NCBI GenBank assembly: GCA_018384485.1 | Contig: JAHBAE010000036.1 | Span: 649 to 64,648, forward strand | Direction: 5' to 3' | Source of the DNA: Kiritimatiellia bacterium | GTDB lineage: Bacteria > Verrucomicrobiota > Kiritimatiellia > RFP12 > UBA1067 | Length of the DNA: 64,000 nucleotides | Translations under genes and position numbers: made by a program | The notes under the pieces: model-generated | What the model was told of the DNA's origin: nothing | Database searches by the model: none | What the model saw: only the letters and a program-made list of their open reading frames with translations | Shown: positions 42,501 to 47,765 of the stretch, in pieces | How positions within the stretch are numbered: the stretch's first letter is position 1 | Layout: each line of letters starts with the position of its first letter

Positions 42501-43342
42501 GACGGATCAAGACCGACGCTATCGGAAAGCCCTTGATAAACATCGCGCCAAATAGGACCGCCTGCGGCATCCTCATCGGCAAAAGTCTGGTGGAAATCGA
42601 TCGTCTGGACGAAAACGCCAGGATAAAGCTGCTTTGTCACAAGGTGCTGGCCGCCAGACGGCGCACTCGGATAACCTGCCGGCTCCGGTTCAGGCGTCGT
42701 AGGGCCAAACCAGAATTCCGCCAATGTTCCCTGATCGTTGATTAAATCCCAATAACGGCCAGTCAAGCCACGGACCGTGTTCACGTTGACAAATTGCAAG
42801 CTGTACTGGCCAAGGCCAGATGCCTCAGCATCGATAATCTTATCATTAGAATCGACAAGGTGGACGGGAAGACCGAGCTGACCTTCCTTTACAGTATACT
42901 TAAAGTAGAGGTCGGTATAATATACATATTCGCCGTTTGGCCCTGAACGCATACCATCAGGCCCTTCCGTCGTATACTGCGCCGTCACACGCTCGGAGCC
43001 GATGGCGATTCTAAGCCCGGGCCAATAGACCGTCGCTTGATAATCACCGATAACGGTACCGCTGACGCTCTGCTTCAGCTGCCACTCGTGAACTGTTGGC
43101 TGCTTGTGATCCTCGTTAAGGAGGCGCACGAGAATATAAAATGTCTCTCCTACCCTATGTGGAGCCGTCTGGTTGGGATATACAAACCCGGCACTCGCGT
43201 TACCTACCGCCTCCACCGAACGAATATCACCATTGCGACTCTCGCCCGCACCACTTGCACCAAGCACGGCAAACACTGCGGCGATAAGAGCGCCAAAACA
43301 CTTCTTCATATTATTCCTCCTGTTAAAGAAAATCGTCTTCAT
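24572..43342 (-). CDS. Giant (6256 aa) secreted adhesin-like protein with many TSP3-type calcium-binding repeats, a LamG/ConA-like lectin domain and numerous beta-rich (Ig/FN3-like) segments
   Basis: Single uninterrupted 18.8-kb ORF. N-terminal signal peptide (MKKCFGALIAAVFAVLGASGAG). Dozens of DxDxDG motifs (DTDGDGLPDGWE, DADGDGLSNYAEY, DPDNDGLSNYQEY). LamG-like stretch (...WTHVAATFDGEYLCLYINGTKYRQ...). No recognisable sortase, PEP-CTERM or T9SS sorting signal. Confidence 0.85.
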   Translation of the reverse strand: MKTIFFNRRNNMKKCFGALIAAVFAVLGASGAGESRNGDIRSVEAVGNASAGFVYPNQTAPHRVGETFYILVRLLNEDHKQPTVHEWQLKQSVSGTVIGDYQATVYWPGLRIAIGSERVTAQYTTEGPDGMRSGPNGEYVYYTDLYFKYTVKEGQLGLPVHLVDSNDKIIDAEASGLGQYSLQFVNVNTVRGLTGRYWDLINDQGTLAEFWFGPTTPEPEPAGYPSAPSGGQHLVTKQLYPGVFVQTIDFHQTFADEDAAGGPIWRDVYQGLSDSVGLDPSIIGTADEEGAATTVYVWSEDENIVSIDGIVGETVSYEVQGVPVTHKVYPISLTSSGIATFKLKGGISAPEGSVTNIVLCATKKPAINAAGEIVAGSTVTRRIRVIGAPDPFITLSDAEGNRAVPLEATSAYTTGTRMKMTFSKSFDASDVKVKLLMNVGTTTIDPVAEKYIFISDSDGADPESTPSLTEITMPKGEREAYFYVYALGTCKELKTTGVTITNLIDQAAYPDAYDQFKEGAHRGVTLKITDQKPVVTASMPSTGFKNDKVNVDVMISDNWRDLSTNNTNGYRVVIYLGGSKVCDTNGVTFSENEQVSFPIVIPAEGNPLRGTVQVWDQMNNSSEPVEITIEAKAPLTVVAGSFSSTDASAGVDSDPTYAEGQTVYLRAVLSSASATEMYAFIVPLDQASSNLISTTATTNGLKITTSGAYAQYSDYARVKLLDGDVEGRKVNLGIVLKDRQDWNDAAGNIVSTYSSGGTWTLTVTNVPPRFSSEGVWGGEDTNRIEVANGATYMGKVSATTPVQFNVKIADPGIVDLTNGSARVKWIWTDGPADERYVQNMITTVDTNGIARATITFDEENVKQTVTLQVQDRDMFKDDPGAFSSEQYKFTVTVGYVPTVIIEYPNGTDTFSETANAKMNYVTVKVSEWPTASVEGRERLGSSNPLQVRVSLPTDFHPNDNAALHLTSNGVVQIDDDEGVVVTFKTARAATKDGVKVYFDLNTQNGGSGPNEDPSEYIIYGAVITETMASTDQKWSEYYASVEQPIKLNNEHPTLNVTVADTHEWAGYEGGTNEWTAGEKVKLKWEFTDIAPDVTNDTASISWTIIDVNNKRSVKVKDAVKNITFDGRSPCKATASGDYEFTVPSSEYTLVTVTARDGNGGEAVYTFSIHVIPTKDVIVIPCGPSTDSASKYGSAPGLGWGHIYVENSTGQYTMRQFAQTWMYSETATKASLFAAGYPAAATNTFDDGNLGIAAGFNKAAEPNSQGGKWTTGQERFNFKSDFDSYFYCWLYKGADETTMTVQPPAPATSPSAAQSFYPSLDNEKEEGTGYSQIEVQAIFSRELYASDNLGDINADGIPDVIVKNHPGFGIYADDGSLQGNDMVKLTSFNDDGDYLPAGENAVYTKFLPGTSADWIENGVPFSARLEVRGWNQNLNDAAVILGVKRASSERRYTDPRTDTSSTLSEIEYLAFLCWSAKNGKDATAEETWKLWSPENPTDPTLADSDDDGVPDGYEYYIWYRAHVGYIDADGEYRRFEGRKYNELNPAEPIKISPEAVEAIYNPNVPNDALKYADTDGDGITDLVEIALGTNPLDFDSDGDGLPDGFEVFITESDPLLYSSINSVGGDGAANPDNDAKAELVLDEVPVIGVKKGSGVERFALIYGEIFSVTNIPYGKMTLIGYVSPDGLVTNTYVTSEADVSYSKFFGTEIVEGKEYLAKYLPATTTFKCTIQGDTVILGENVSLDPGMPVTFHVEDVDVVECELLETPVRAHSVWKYNTAGKLVLGQEMYGAMLANFLPEGAKVVEPIAQKSVALLHHHVYQYHGLAKENKDGTRRVWVDSKAFDPRTAWRIAGGVETSLFTHYDEFMYPIFIHRDTYYYASGSTLWAGGYALSSRDLTPSRDAGTRVALWQKFCTNPNNADTDGDGTPDGWEAYLFAAKPQYISDDESPYKGERAYNYRLRDSEMAVGSPLYADGTEKGFTRAEEFAGVESTAAYADCETILAGNIHPEWTNKKWPTDPNQEDTDGDGISDAEEMTHFLYGPAVGPGSGGGLNPLSWDTDLDGLPDPWEVQFAGIYTPGETSTSSSVTVDQTTGVTNNTITVTRGEGSWSGGMDGTTDDARLDYDNDGLLNWQEYLVGAMRCWRYDDTISSWDSHYFDPLDLAVALSSTNEFNRYFSERLLSDGGDGLRIDGQHENYNPRIMVHGHFDPSSSYFSYCENSWDPAYGGWYMFADGINHDLKNPGEEWQIIHLNEVVQCNRFTWRPFLESMVLEDDNDPSGDPLIDMSIGDGGKVYYFGAHPDYIIYPTKYICCDPTKKDTDNDAMDDYYELYHGMNPLLGAAGQIDNGNEPALDIVFIAYDGIPGGKSKNQKASATRNYWMGQPKPHHRLPARKTPANNYDFEAYPWLNGLAAADADGDNLRNQTEAIMTDMQGQSTWLHSDPTPLWMTDFGYSGSLTYRYYVPTETTKFIINGCPEYFTDPVTTNRYYFNDFPGFHWEKTDEGNNLTISACKVNRWNALDVAWSFEENEGYDTDHDYLSDYDEVAGKTKSSSDVRNSDSPLRRQAMWFPGEDAFLETTIEVSEVPPRPLPTGVDLPFFYYTVECWAKPEGDLTREQTVVERAIYTGPSNLGDAELLRKNFLIGLKNGRWYTKYDSAGTDKNDPQEILNGPEATTNWTHVAATFDGEYLCLYINGTKYRQLKTGVQPEHGTSAVAIDAVGKLKEGTTGYSGTAAGKPVVLIGASVNKFFGIAFDAQWRWGLLFPVDFTYYKNYYQGYVDEVRIWDGARSESEIRENYRKRFTREDALANRQAVWEVWKKGITNRAPSTKNMLPAELKRHWNFDHIPGAATSEDIMATPAGFDTAFDIGAKAVWSRPIGWVNPWWNSVFVKSTNYSNTAWVPWISDTVGHLPRMDGTTVDSKYWSEDLLGGKPAAQFNYAKFDFPRTMEPYSRARQVLVGANREEESDSSSNSESDDESSGGSSYYGIDRRLNWVENDPDKMSQYVFTMRHRLLEGFDLLPLGGAYPKRISAAEGGMWDDGTAADAWAQTGADADNDNLPDWWSNLALLNYNDSNNPLTKVTWTTDVYYNGVKMPAWQAYLRDLAAGMLSDGEKHPEFADTRDLDGDGIPDWWEDLYKIDTGSKADATADPDNDGLSNYQEYIISERDSRYPLDPTLSHSVSEDVVDYFLQIKNEKGENVYLGEVYADHDFMEDLEEDANGLDRTRYDANTDADEDGWSAWSEMRYSNYKQSIAQKFVSHLAGSEEVKDYPVPVVHATLRYNGTKVNVGSTAPIVIQAYSGGNLQNEPSATYNVTPGAAETRYVYLGFYDDRVVHGTLTPGWIVNSLDTISLEVAHAQPNDKFSWTIKAGEGDEATETIYTGTYEEMWKAWTTYGKNCVVSAAPFEWQIAMNSVGTHGILQISSDDQTMKGYMLLDNKRVGTIDLVTGDFDLNLKDLQNYIMADTLIALPQHFFRIAYQAKIPAEQTKCLNISLATPDKGSLTEGTASFVAFIDIDGNGEFTPGVEPIGIAKDVAIGWDQVPSLSIELTDTSVAAGKRFAFGDDVETLRIIRTSINGEEEGVKRRIVYSRTASDVKRKTVYEGDLLTNNKFGLDWTSLRADIMAMEGVSLKDVATVGYTVVSGEGSVQNIASNDVIDTFIVEYTSTPTKPTAYSPSVAVDGTIVSVRPEFKWTSAAGYTAFRLQIWEEGGAEAVYNSPLMALPPADASGRFIWTAPVFIGTNSLNDAWVLNNNSSYKWRVAMYNAKFSNTNDAESVWSDFASFKTKLAEANDFSTRRGTATVSVRYFGPATNALSSVIVQLFRNADYSGVPAAQSRLTSSDFTAPANSLTNAVTVSFCGLDEDEYFAVAFIDRNGNAVRDAYETWGYSAQVGASLPHIWTPSGAKVDPSSAKAASVDVYMEDTDVNRDGVLDWNQAENILTVAASATASGSDTSDVDLDGLTGDEETGDTYTNKQKWDTDGDGLPDGWEARFADTDPLLADADTLTKGDYMAFTVTNGIYRMVTNKDGIKYLVRDTNSVYRVGDVIPANVLITTYDYMTIVPDETLTNTVTVTYAGLGTNILAGADFLIDAIANVDVALVHAQVYDEFGYSQSTAIDPADKNTKAFTALDKYMLVRYFAAIGFTAASEEAMNQTKAWKDFTLKPNDTDNDRDGVADGWELYLMFGTNTTAAASQYATPSSAPINPWKYADRNADLDADGLSLVDEYAQGKNPSDPWNMYSVYDELLLSGVVPSDAAKFTDARARRFGITAEDYDDDWDIDLISNVQEMWAYYRDMDSLADIDPENAWSDGVTPDYFRAASGSYLGAIYNGGEFVEPAARAELEIADLRNAGTRDLFQSGWDVWSIVRYTYAEQLKDKEEEISEELSIANKYTYVMFEGYEGVTEAELVDFHVNQLGHTEEESLGAIIAGHGGIEAMKRAILEKSSSSLETSNFSIPEPQVNFTFKWAGNGQADVVVDVWQKSSFYPEYGEQLTASYTAKAAFDAGVAYVRAKTAARGTIKQGPARFVAYIDENGDGKCSPGEVFGTSEAVVGYSDIRTTIRLGAYESYTYPLVRVNATNENSVVALVRSKINGEPLMNQVAGAVYFYLPNNQAREAVYPVEYFTTEHTGLDKYLAEHANSLGYALENIEEVTYEIVHLKKDELTSLNVTNLNNYVVVSNGEVKVFGPYQVNEEFTVRYSNKRDKAKVWGTADSTVGNVTISFTVPTDGYANTRFWLAINDRTKDGKYHNGFLIPPASGGVVVLDQDWFDEQGISFNPGKCKVKVLLGNDKFDFVQPTTDEWSEEATFSINKAAERKGKIAVNVVHPLGVAFTEGVSVAVYDTEDLAEPVAYVDDKASTSAIEVTGLREGSKYYVAAWYVKDSADGRVNAGYRAPYDTWGYLTSLGSVTNGFTAMSVVAAETVSVTNTIYLQDTDWNDNGVLDREEEFIDHAGIYDIGLTVGYNFHIEGAKDIEISDVGPIVSTTAGVMAYAEVPFQLVSVTNGINEAVWYAVITEPASSNVTSVGVSVGTPLSELELASTYYYGGSLALGTNVTFAANAPEKVVSTMNADLVLVHAQVLDYFGFDPRTANGNMPLGDTLNTKEFTSRDKKYLKDYFIKVLGVTNANEYALSDTLVDADAVEGGQGDGLPDGWELYMMFKPDGIKDGLICHVDDLTDEKVVFSPWNYNDRNGDIDGDGLSNLLEYDGGAEPTNPFDPDTDGDNISDFYAWKYMLKGDEAERDADGDGLSNYAEYLISEVFQFHSLDPRNARTDGACVDYFRKVGHLYLGELFTDHDQVSDLWEAAYPGAPSLSSDLWANRYIYDPEKDLDGDGWSNYAEAKAGTSPKAIDSIGVDQETLAEHPVPVIEATVVYNGYDPISGPLVFRAWSEKFDPGMMHAADAIWTTPTATGLLTAKKYIGMKPSSTMVYSLGPGAVTPGSVKLYFRDPSFRRAVVRNNVELSVSEAGVSQAKWYALVQDKNGELVTTITNQVTAVSVGSIDYTTGKVEINFNALALSGSVYASMVNASHGNEAIDADTAKPTDYYNCEKINLDASYVKIAWSRMSIGSNIGGTYYLGDPDKSGAVEGNGGEESGDGEQNFSAASRGYVREGLNSFVVFADQNHDGDYTAGEPFGYVNGVDVGWQGAKFTVELTETSPVFARVNVKTEENDRVALYGIYSDTIIITNLALTAGNENSGSESGDGGLRYLHVRVDRHSVNGVQLGIGDNKINLPDRILVDKYMDLGVRSFLHEGDFISEGEFDIDWSYFDEIAYDSALGGLIGTELGPDPVEVGYRVVVDNSLLVSPVTNNISLSYVFTRRFDSYDNRAIPVDLANVVTYGSRPTFSWSMGKSNTYTAFRLQIRDGTNVNAKVVYDSGINRAPAKNREGRYEWTAPIAPGDVMPTGETLEANGNYWWYVSMYNSKFNWDAYSKEAGVFRTLVNAQQDVDDRGYNAIAVTVKYTGPEAVLTNAAVRLEAFTTADFSGENYSRVVVTNKADIADSSKIIPNAKLIGLPAGTYYVRAYIDSNNNFKKDVWESWGSVAESVTVGAGIAMPNVGLYIEDADTDDDWVPDALEYAQSGRLDANDAKALVSGEFILSDKLSGAVNAGGFDAGVSTTLSGVTLSAFQYADAMSTLLLGEMSGEKSSLDAIRAAVEKTIKGDSVKITSITFDPTKRKVVLTVDAEVADSIAGKIFSKIYDFTSPDSVAVTVKVYKKDSLVQANWTLVETKNCSIGKTEQYVEVGLSDGDYTSGFYKVEIEQ

Positions 43343-43344
43343 AA

Positions 43345-43797
43345 TTATTTCAAATCACTTTCTTCAGACGGCTGCGCTGTAGCAACATCCTTGTATTCGC
43401 GCATTATTTTCATCGTCTTGCCTCGCGCGTCGGCAAGAGCGCGGCCGAGATCCTCGGCCTTCTTGTAAAGGGAAACCCATTCGGGATTTTTTTCGAGATG
43501 CTTTTTTATTTCCTCATCAGTCGCCTTCGCGCCCATCTCCGCGCGCGCGGCATCAACCATCTTCTTAAGCTCTTCATTCATCTTCGCACGCATGCGCGCA
43601 AGCGTGAGACGCTCCTCTCTGCGCTCCTTCATCAATACATCAAAACGTGCTTTTCTTTCTTCTACCGATTGCTGACGACGAACAGTATCAGACACTTGCG
43701 ACTTAACGCGCCAGAGCATCTCGACGACAACGCAACTGATTGCGACAAGCGCAATCAGTACGAGATATCTACCCGTACTTTTCATATTTACCGACAT
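43345..43797 (-). CDS. Small membrane-anchored coiled-coil protein immediately upstream of the giant gene
   Basis: 150 aa. One N-terminal TM helix (YLVLIALVAISCVVV), then a charged Lys/Glu/Arg-rich helical region. Its stop is 3 bp from the giant gene start. Confidence 0.5.
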   Translation of the reverse strand: MSVNMKSTGRYLVLIALVAISCVVVEMLWRVKSQVSDTVRRQQSVEERKARFDVLMKERREERLTLARMRAKMNEELKKMVDAARAEMGAKATDEEIKKHLEKNPEWVSLYKKAEDLGRALADARGKTMKIMREYKDVATAQPSEESDLK

Positions 43798-43941
43798 GTT
43801 CTATTTTTGATTAGAGATAATCCTCCTGCTATTTTGTCGAATAATACCACATTTCAGGTTCAGAAATCAAGTGCTATTGACAAAAATCAACAACTTATTA
43901 ACATGAGGTCTAAATAACTCTAAACGACCTCAAAGGTACTC

Positions 43942-43977
43942 GGTCGGTCAACACCGCTATCGCGGTCTTGACCGACC
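43942..43977. promoter_or_regulatory. 36-nt near-perfect hairpin (GGTCGGTCAA-C-ACCGC-TATC-GCGGT-C-TTGACCGACC) in the intergenic region; possible terminator or regulatory element
   Basis: 10-bp outer stem plus 5-bp inner stem, seen directly. About 50 nt downstream of the stop of the 44025-44429 gene. No U-tract follows on the minus strand. Confidence 0.3.
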
Positions 43978-44024
43978 TCGGCATCTGAGCACCTGAGCAA
44001 AAGTGCATCTGAGCTTTAATGCCT

Positions 44025-44429
44025 TTACTTCCGAAATGCCGCCGCAAGCTTGCTAAGCGCGGCTTCTATCTTCCACGGATAGAACATTCCATACATTCCA
44101 ATAATCGCAAGAATGTATGCAACGACGACAATAACATGAACAGGCGCAAACCCTGCCTCGGGAAGAATGGGGCGCGTAAACTTAAACAGCTCCGCCGGTA
44201 TGAGCATGAAAATTCCCATAATCGCGCGCGTCAAAAGGTTCTTCGGCATCCAGATGACTGTAAGATACGTAAGAACCCCCGCCATTATCCAAAGCTGCCC
44301 GGGGAAACGCTTGAGCAACATATCAAAGACGTCAATGCCTATCGTATGGCATTCATACGCCGCCCAAAACCAAGCGAGGGCTACAAGAAAAACCGTCAGC
44401 AATTTTTTACAGTTCATTATATTTCTCAC
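44025..44429 (-). CDS. Small integral membrane protein (about 4 TM helices), unknown function
   Basis: 134 aa, hydrophobic segments throughout (LLTVFLVALAWFWAAY..., VIVVVAYILAIIGMYGMF). Confidence 0.5.
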   Translation of the reverse strand: MRNIMNCKKLLTVFLVALAWFWAAYECHTIGIDVFDMLLKRFPGQLWIMAGVLTYLTVIWMPKNLLTRAIMGIFMLIPAELFKFTRPILPEAGFAPVHVIVVVAYILAIIGMYGMFYPWKIEAALSKLAAAFRK

Positions 44430-44445
44430 CTACGATTTCTTTCCG

Positions 44446-46542
44446 TTATCTGCGCAGCATCTCACGAGGCGCGCCGTCCTTCTTGAATATAAGCTTCCAC
44501 GCGTTGTCGCGGATGTCCACCATCCCATCACGGAGCGTAGCGCAAGCAAGAGGCGTAAACTTAACAAGGTGCGTCGCGTGGCCTGGAACGGAATGCTCGT
44601 ACTTGCCGAGAAACACTCCTTCGTCGGCCTGCCGCCAAACATCGCGGACACGCCATTTGCATTCCATGCCAAGCTCCGACATATTCATCACAATCGTCTG
44701 CTCGCGAAGAGACTTGTTGTAGAGGCCCGCGGCGATCGAACCGTCCTCAAGCGGACGCGCCCATATCTCCCAGCCGTCGCCTTCGGCAACGCAACCGGCG
44801 CCAAGGCCGAGAGGATCCTGGTTGATGTCAAGAACCTCATCGTTGGTAAGAAGCGACAAAGTAAAATCATCAAGCTTCGTCATATCGCAACCTATCATGA
44901 GCGGCGAGGCCATGAGCGCCCAAAGAGAGATATGCGTATACTGCTCGTTCGGCGCAAGGCGCGAGCCCTTGAAGTCGTTGAATCTCACAGGGCCCACGCA
45001 GAGCATGTCGGGGTCGTTGAACGCTCCTGGGCGTGAATACGGGAAGAGGCGCTTCTGGCTTTCTATCGCTCCCGCCACCGACTCCCAAATATCAAAAACG
45101 TCTCCCGTCGTGCGCCAGCTGTGCCCGTATACGATATTGCCCCAAAGCCCCGGCGTCTCAAGGCCGTACTCGCAGAGAGAAAAAACTATATCACGCTTCT
45201 GCTCGGCAAGCGCGCGCCCCATCAGCCAGTAAGGGGGCATCATTCTCCAAACGCCTTCGCCGAACTGCTTCTCCCAATATGAGCACCAATCGTATTTGAT
45301 GAAGTCAAAACCCCATTCTGCGAATGTCTTCGCATCCTTTGCCTCGTAGCCGAAACTTCCCGTATGACCAGCACACGTCAAAGGCCCTGGAGAAGAATAA
45401 ATTCCCGCCTTAAGCCCGAGAGCATGGACGCGCTCCGTCATTTTTTTCATGTCCGGGAAACGGCGGTTTGTCGCAATCGTTCCGTCAGCATGGCGCGCAG
45501 GCCCCTTGAAGTCTTCCGTCTCGCCCTTGTCGTCCGCCTTTTCAGAGGAATTCTGCCAGCAGTCGTCTATATTGATGTAGCGCCAACCGTGATCGGCAAG
45601 GCCGCTTGAAATCATCGCCTCTGCACTTGCCACTACCTTCTCAGCCGTAATCGTGTTGCCAAATGCGTTCCACGAGTTCCAGCCAAGCGCCGGCGTAAGG
45701 CAGATATTGTCACCCACTTTAAGCGTGAGCGTCCGCTCCGCTTCACCCTTTGAGTTTTTGGCGGAAAAGATTATTGCGTATTCGCCGCGCTTCTCAACGG
45801 AGCCTGAAAGAATCTGAGTCGAGGAATCGAACGTAAGCCCTTTAGGAAGGTTGCGGGCAGAAAGCTCCATCGGCCTTAAGCCCGTAACGGGCAGGCGGTA
45901 GAGAACTGGATTGCCGGGCCTTACACCGAACACCTTCGGCCCGTTGATGCGCGGGGCGGGGCCGCTCTTCGGCGTGAGAATGCCGAGCTGCCGCGGCGAA
46001 ACTGTGCGCACGTCTCCGGGCGGATATTTTCCGTCTTCATAATCAATTTTGATATTAACCCAATTGCAATGGTCTCCTTTATTCCCGTCGCCTCCATCCA
46101 AAGCCTTGAACGTAAGTTTCTTCGCCCCTCTAAGGTCGACTGAAAAATGCTTCGCTTTATCGTGGCGCGTCACAAGCCCCGAGTCGGCCACGACCTTGCC
46201 ATCGAGAAGAATCTGAAACTGCGCCAAGCCGTCAAGAGTTCTGTCGTCAACGGCGCAATCGGTTTCAAGTTTGATCGCGCCCTCGCCGAGCTCGACCGTC
46301 AAGTGCGAATTGGCGTGCATTCCAAGACATGTCATGAGGCCGGTCCAGTAACCCTCCCCGTCAACCATCATCGTCATCTCACCGCTGAATGTCCTTCCTA
46401 CGCGCACATCTCCGACTTCGCTCGCGCGGTCAGTAAGGTCAAACTGAGTTAATATGATCTTCTCGCTTGCAATTGCAGCGGTGACCGCAGCGGAAAGAAC
46501 GCCAGCTATGATTTTTTTCATTTGTCCCTTTCTTATTTTCAT
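44446..46542 (-). CDS. GH27 alpha-galactosidase / alpha-N-acetylgalactosaminidase with N-terminal NPCBM carbohydrate-binding module
   Basis: 698 aa. Signal peptide. GH27 signature LGWNSWNAFG and catalytic region YINIDDCW ... FIKYDWC. Confidence 0.85.
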   Translation of the reverse strand: MKIRKGQMKKIIAGVLSAAVTAAIASEKIILTQFDLTDRASEVGDVRVGRTFSGEMTMMVDGEGYWTGLMTCLGMHANSHLTVELGEGAIKLETDCAVDDRTLDGLAQFQILLDGKVVADSGLVTRHDKAKHFSVDLRGAKKLTFKALDGGDGNKGDHCNWVNIKIDYEDGKYPPGDVRTVSPRQLGILTPKSGPAPRINGPKVFGVRPGNPVLYRLPVTGLRPMELSARNLPKGLTFDSSTQILSGSVEKRGEYAIIFSAKNSKGEAERTLTLKVGDNICLTPALGWNSWNAFGNTITAEKVVASAEAMISSGLADHGWRYINIDDCWQNSSEKADDKGETEDFKGPARHADGTIATNRRFPDMKKMTERVHALGLKAGIYSSPGPLTCAGHTGSFGYEAKDAKTFAEWGFDFIKYDWCSYWEKQFGEGVWRMMPPYWLMGRALAEQKRDIVFSLCEYGLETPGLWGNIVYGHSWRTTGDVFDIWESVAGAIESQKRLFPYSRPGAFNDPDMLCVGPVRFNDFKGSRLAPNEQYTHISLWALMASPLMIGCDMTKLDDFTLSLLTNDEVLDINQDPLGLGAGCVAEGDGWEIWARPLEDGSIAAGLYNKSLREQTIVMNMSELGMECKWRVRDVWRQADEGVFLGKYEHSVPGHATHLVKFTPLACATLRDGMVDIRDNAWKLIFKKDGAPREMLRR

Positions 46543-46560
46543 TTCTTAAATCTCAAGCCT

Positions 46561-46893
46561 TCAATACTCGGCAACGGCCGATTTGAGATGGGCAACCGCA
46601 CCCGATTTTCTAACGCGGGCTCTCACCGCTAAAACACCCTTCTCATTCGCGCAGATATCATGCACGATTTTCGCGGCGCGCTCAATCATCCTGCAGCGCG
46701 ATGCAATAAGGCCATCGCGTATCCTGGAAGTGAGCATCGCATAATCGACCGTATCCTCAAGCGAGTCGCTCTCTGCCGCAGCATCGGAAATTTCCAACTC
46801 CACGTCAAGTTCGATCCTCTGCGTCTTTACACGCTCCTCGGGAAGATCTCCGATGATGCAATCTACATCTATGCAGTTTAGAAAGAGTTTCAT
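46561..46893 (-). CDS. folB: Dihydroneopterin aldolase
   Basis: 110 aa. FolB-family pattern (MKLFLNCIDVDCIIGDLPEERVKTQRIELDVELEISD...). Confidence 0.75.
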   Translation of the reverse strand: MKLFLNCIDVDCIIGDLPEERVKTQRIELDVELEISDAAAESDSLEDTVDYAMLTSRIRDGLIASRCRMIERAAKIVHDICANEKGVLAVRARVRKSGAVAHLKSAVAEY

Positions 46894-46901
46894 TGCGCTC
46901 C

Positions 46902-47765
46902 TTAACTCCCGTTGCTGTCGATTGCCGCAAGAAGAGCGGGCGTCACGTCGCTAAGCGACTCAACGCGGCTTCTGAGAAATTCTCCCTTGGGCCCATAGGC
47001 GATAAAAGGTATTGCATTTCTCGTGTGGCTGCGCGAAAGCATCTCTTCTATATTACCGTGATCTGAAGTGAGCACTATCGTCAGCTGCGCGGCATCTGCA
47101 TACATCGCGAGCGCCGAAAGAAACCTGTCATACACGCGCAGCACCGCGCATGCGCGCGCGTAATCCATAGAATGGCCAACCACATCCGTCTGGAAAAATT
47201 CGAAGAGAGTGAAATCAAATTTGCGCGCAAGAGCGAAAAGATGTTCGGCGGCGCGCTGCGGCGGAATGACGGGAATATCAGGATAGCGTTCCTGAATCGT
47301 CTCACGCGTGATATCCTGCATAAGCGCCCTGTCTTCGAAAAGGTCATCAATCGTGGAAATAGTCTCGGGCGAAGTGAGCGCCATAACCGTCGTCACCGAC
47401 TTGAACCTGCGCATCGCAAGCTCATCGACACCGTCAACGAGATATGCGTCGGCGAACTTCACGCTGAGTGAACGGCGCTTAAGCTCAAGAAAGAGATTGT
47501 TCTTCTCGATTATCGCGCGGAGGGCGGGCCCGGGAAAACCTTCGCAGTGCTTGCCCATGGCGGCGGCGCAATTGACGCCGGTGAACATCGTCGCCTGCCC
47601 CGTCGCCGACTGCGGCGCGCCTTCAAGCCCGAGGCACGCGTCGATAGGTTTGCAATGCCGCTCTATTAACTTGCACAAGGTCGGGCAGACCTCGGCGTTC
47701 ACCGGATTGTCCGCCGCAGGTGGCCTCAGCCCGAGGCCGTCCACGAATAGAAAGACCGTTTTCAA
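46902..47765 (-). CDS. Alkaline-phosphatase-superfamily metalloenzyme-domain protein (cofactor-independent phosphoglycerate mutase / phosphopentomutase-like core)
   Basis: 287 aa. N-terminal FLFVDGLGL metal-binding motif and a later ...VLTSDHGN... motif typical of the metalloenzyme (PF01676-like) fold. The exact family is uncertain. Confidence 0.45.
   Translation of the reverse strand: MKTVFLFVDGLGLRPPAADNPVNAEVCPTLCKLIERHCKPIDACLGLEGAPQSATGQATMFTGVNCAAAMGKHCEGFPGPALRAIIEKNNLFLELKRRSLSVKFADAYLVDGVDELAMRRFKSVTTVMALTSPETISTIDDLFEDRALMQDITRETIQERYPDIPVIPPQRAAEHLFALARKFDFTLFEFFQTDVVGHSMDYARACAVLRVYDRFLSALAMYADAAQLTIVLTSDHGNIEEMLSRSHTRNAIPFIAYGPKGEFLRSRVESLSDVTPALLAAIDSNGS

Noticed and set aside
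43877-43905. Sigma70-like promoter (TTGACA ... TTAACA) on the plus strand in the 43800-44024 spacer
   Set aside because: No plus-strand gene lies downstream, spacing to any -10-like hexamer is poor, and all neighbouring genes are on the minus strand.
43942-43977. Rho-independent terminator call for the hairpin
   Set aside because: A strong stem is present but no U-rich tract follows on the transcribed (minus) strand. It is kept only as a generic regulatory hairpin.
43798-44024. tRNA or small RNA genes in intergenic spacers (43798-44024, 63366-63835 and the short spacers)
   Set aside because: No cloverleaf-compatible segment with conserved T-loop (GTTC) or D-loop features was seen. Spacers are mostly under 60 bp.
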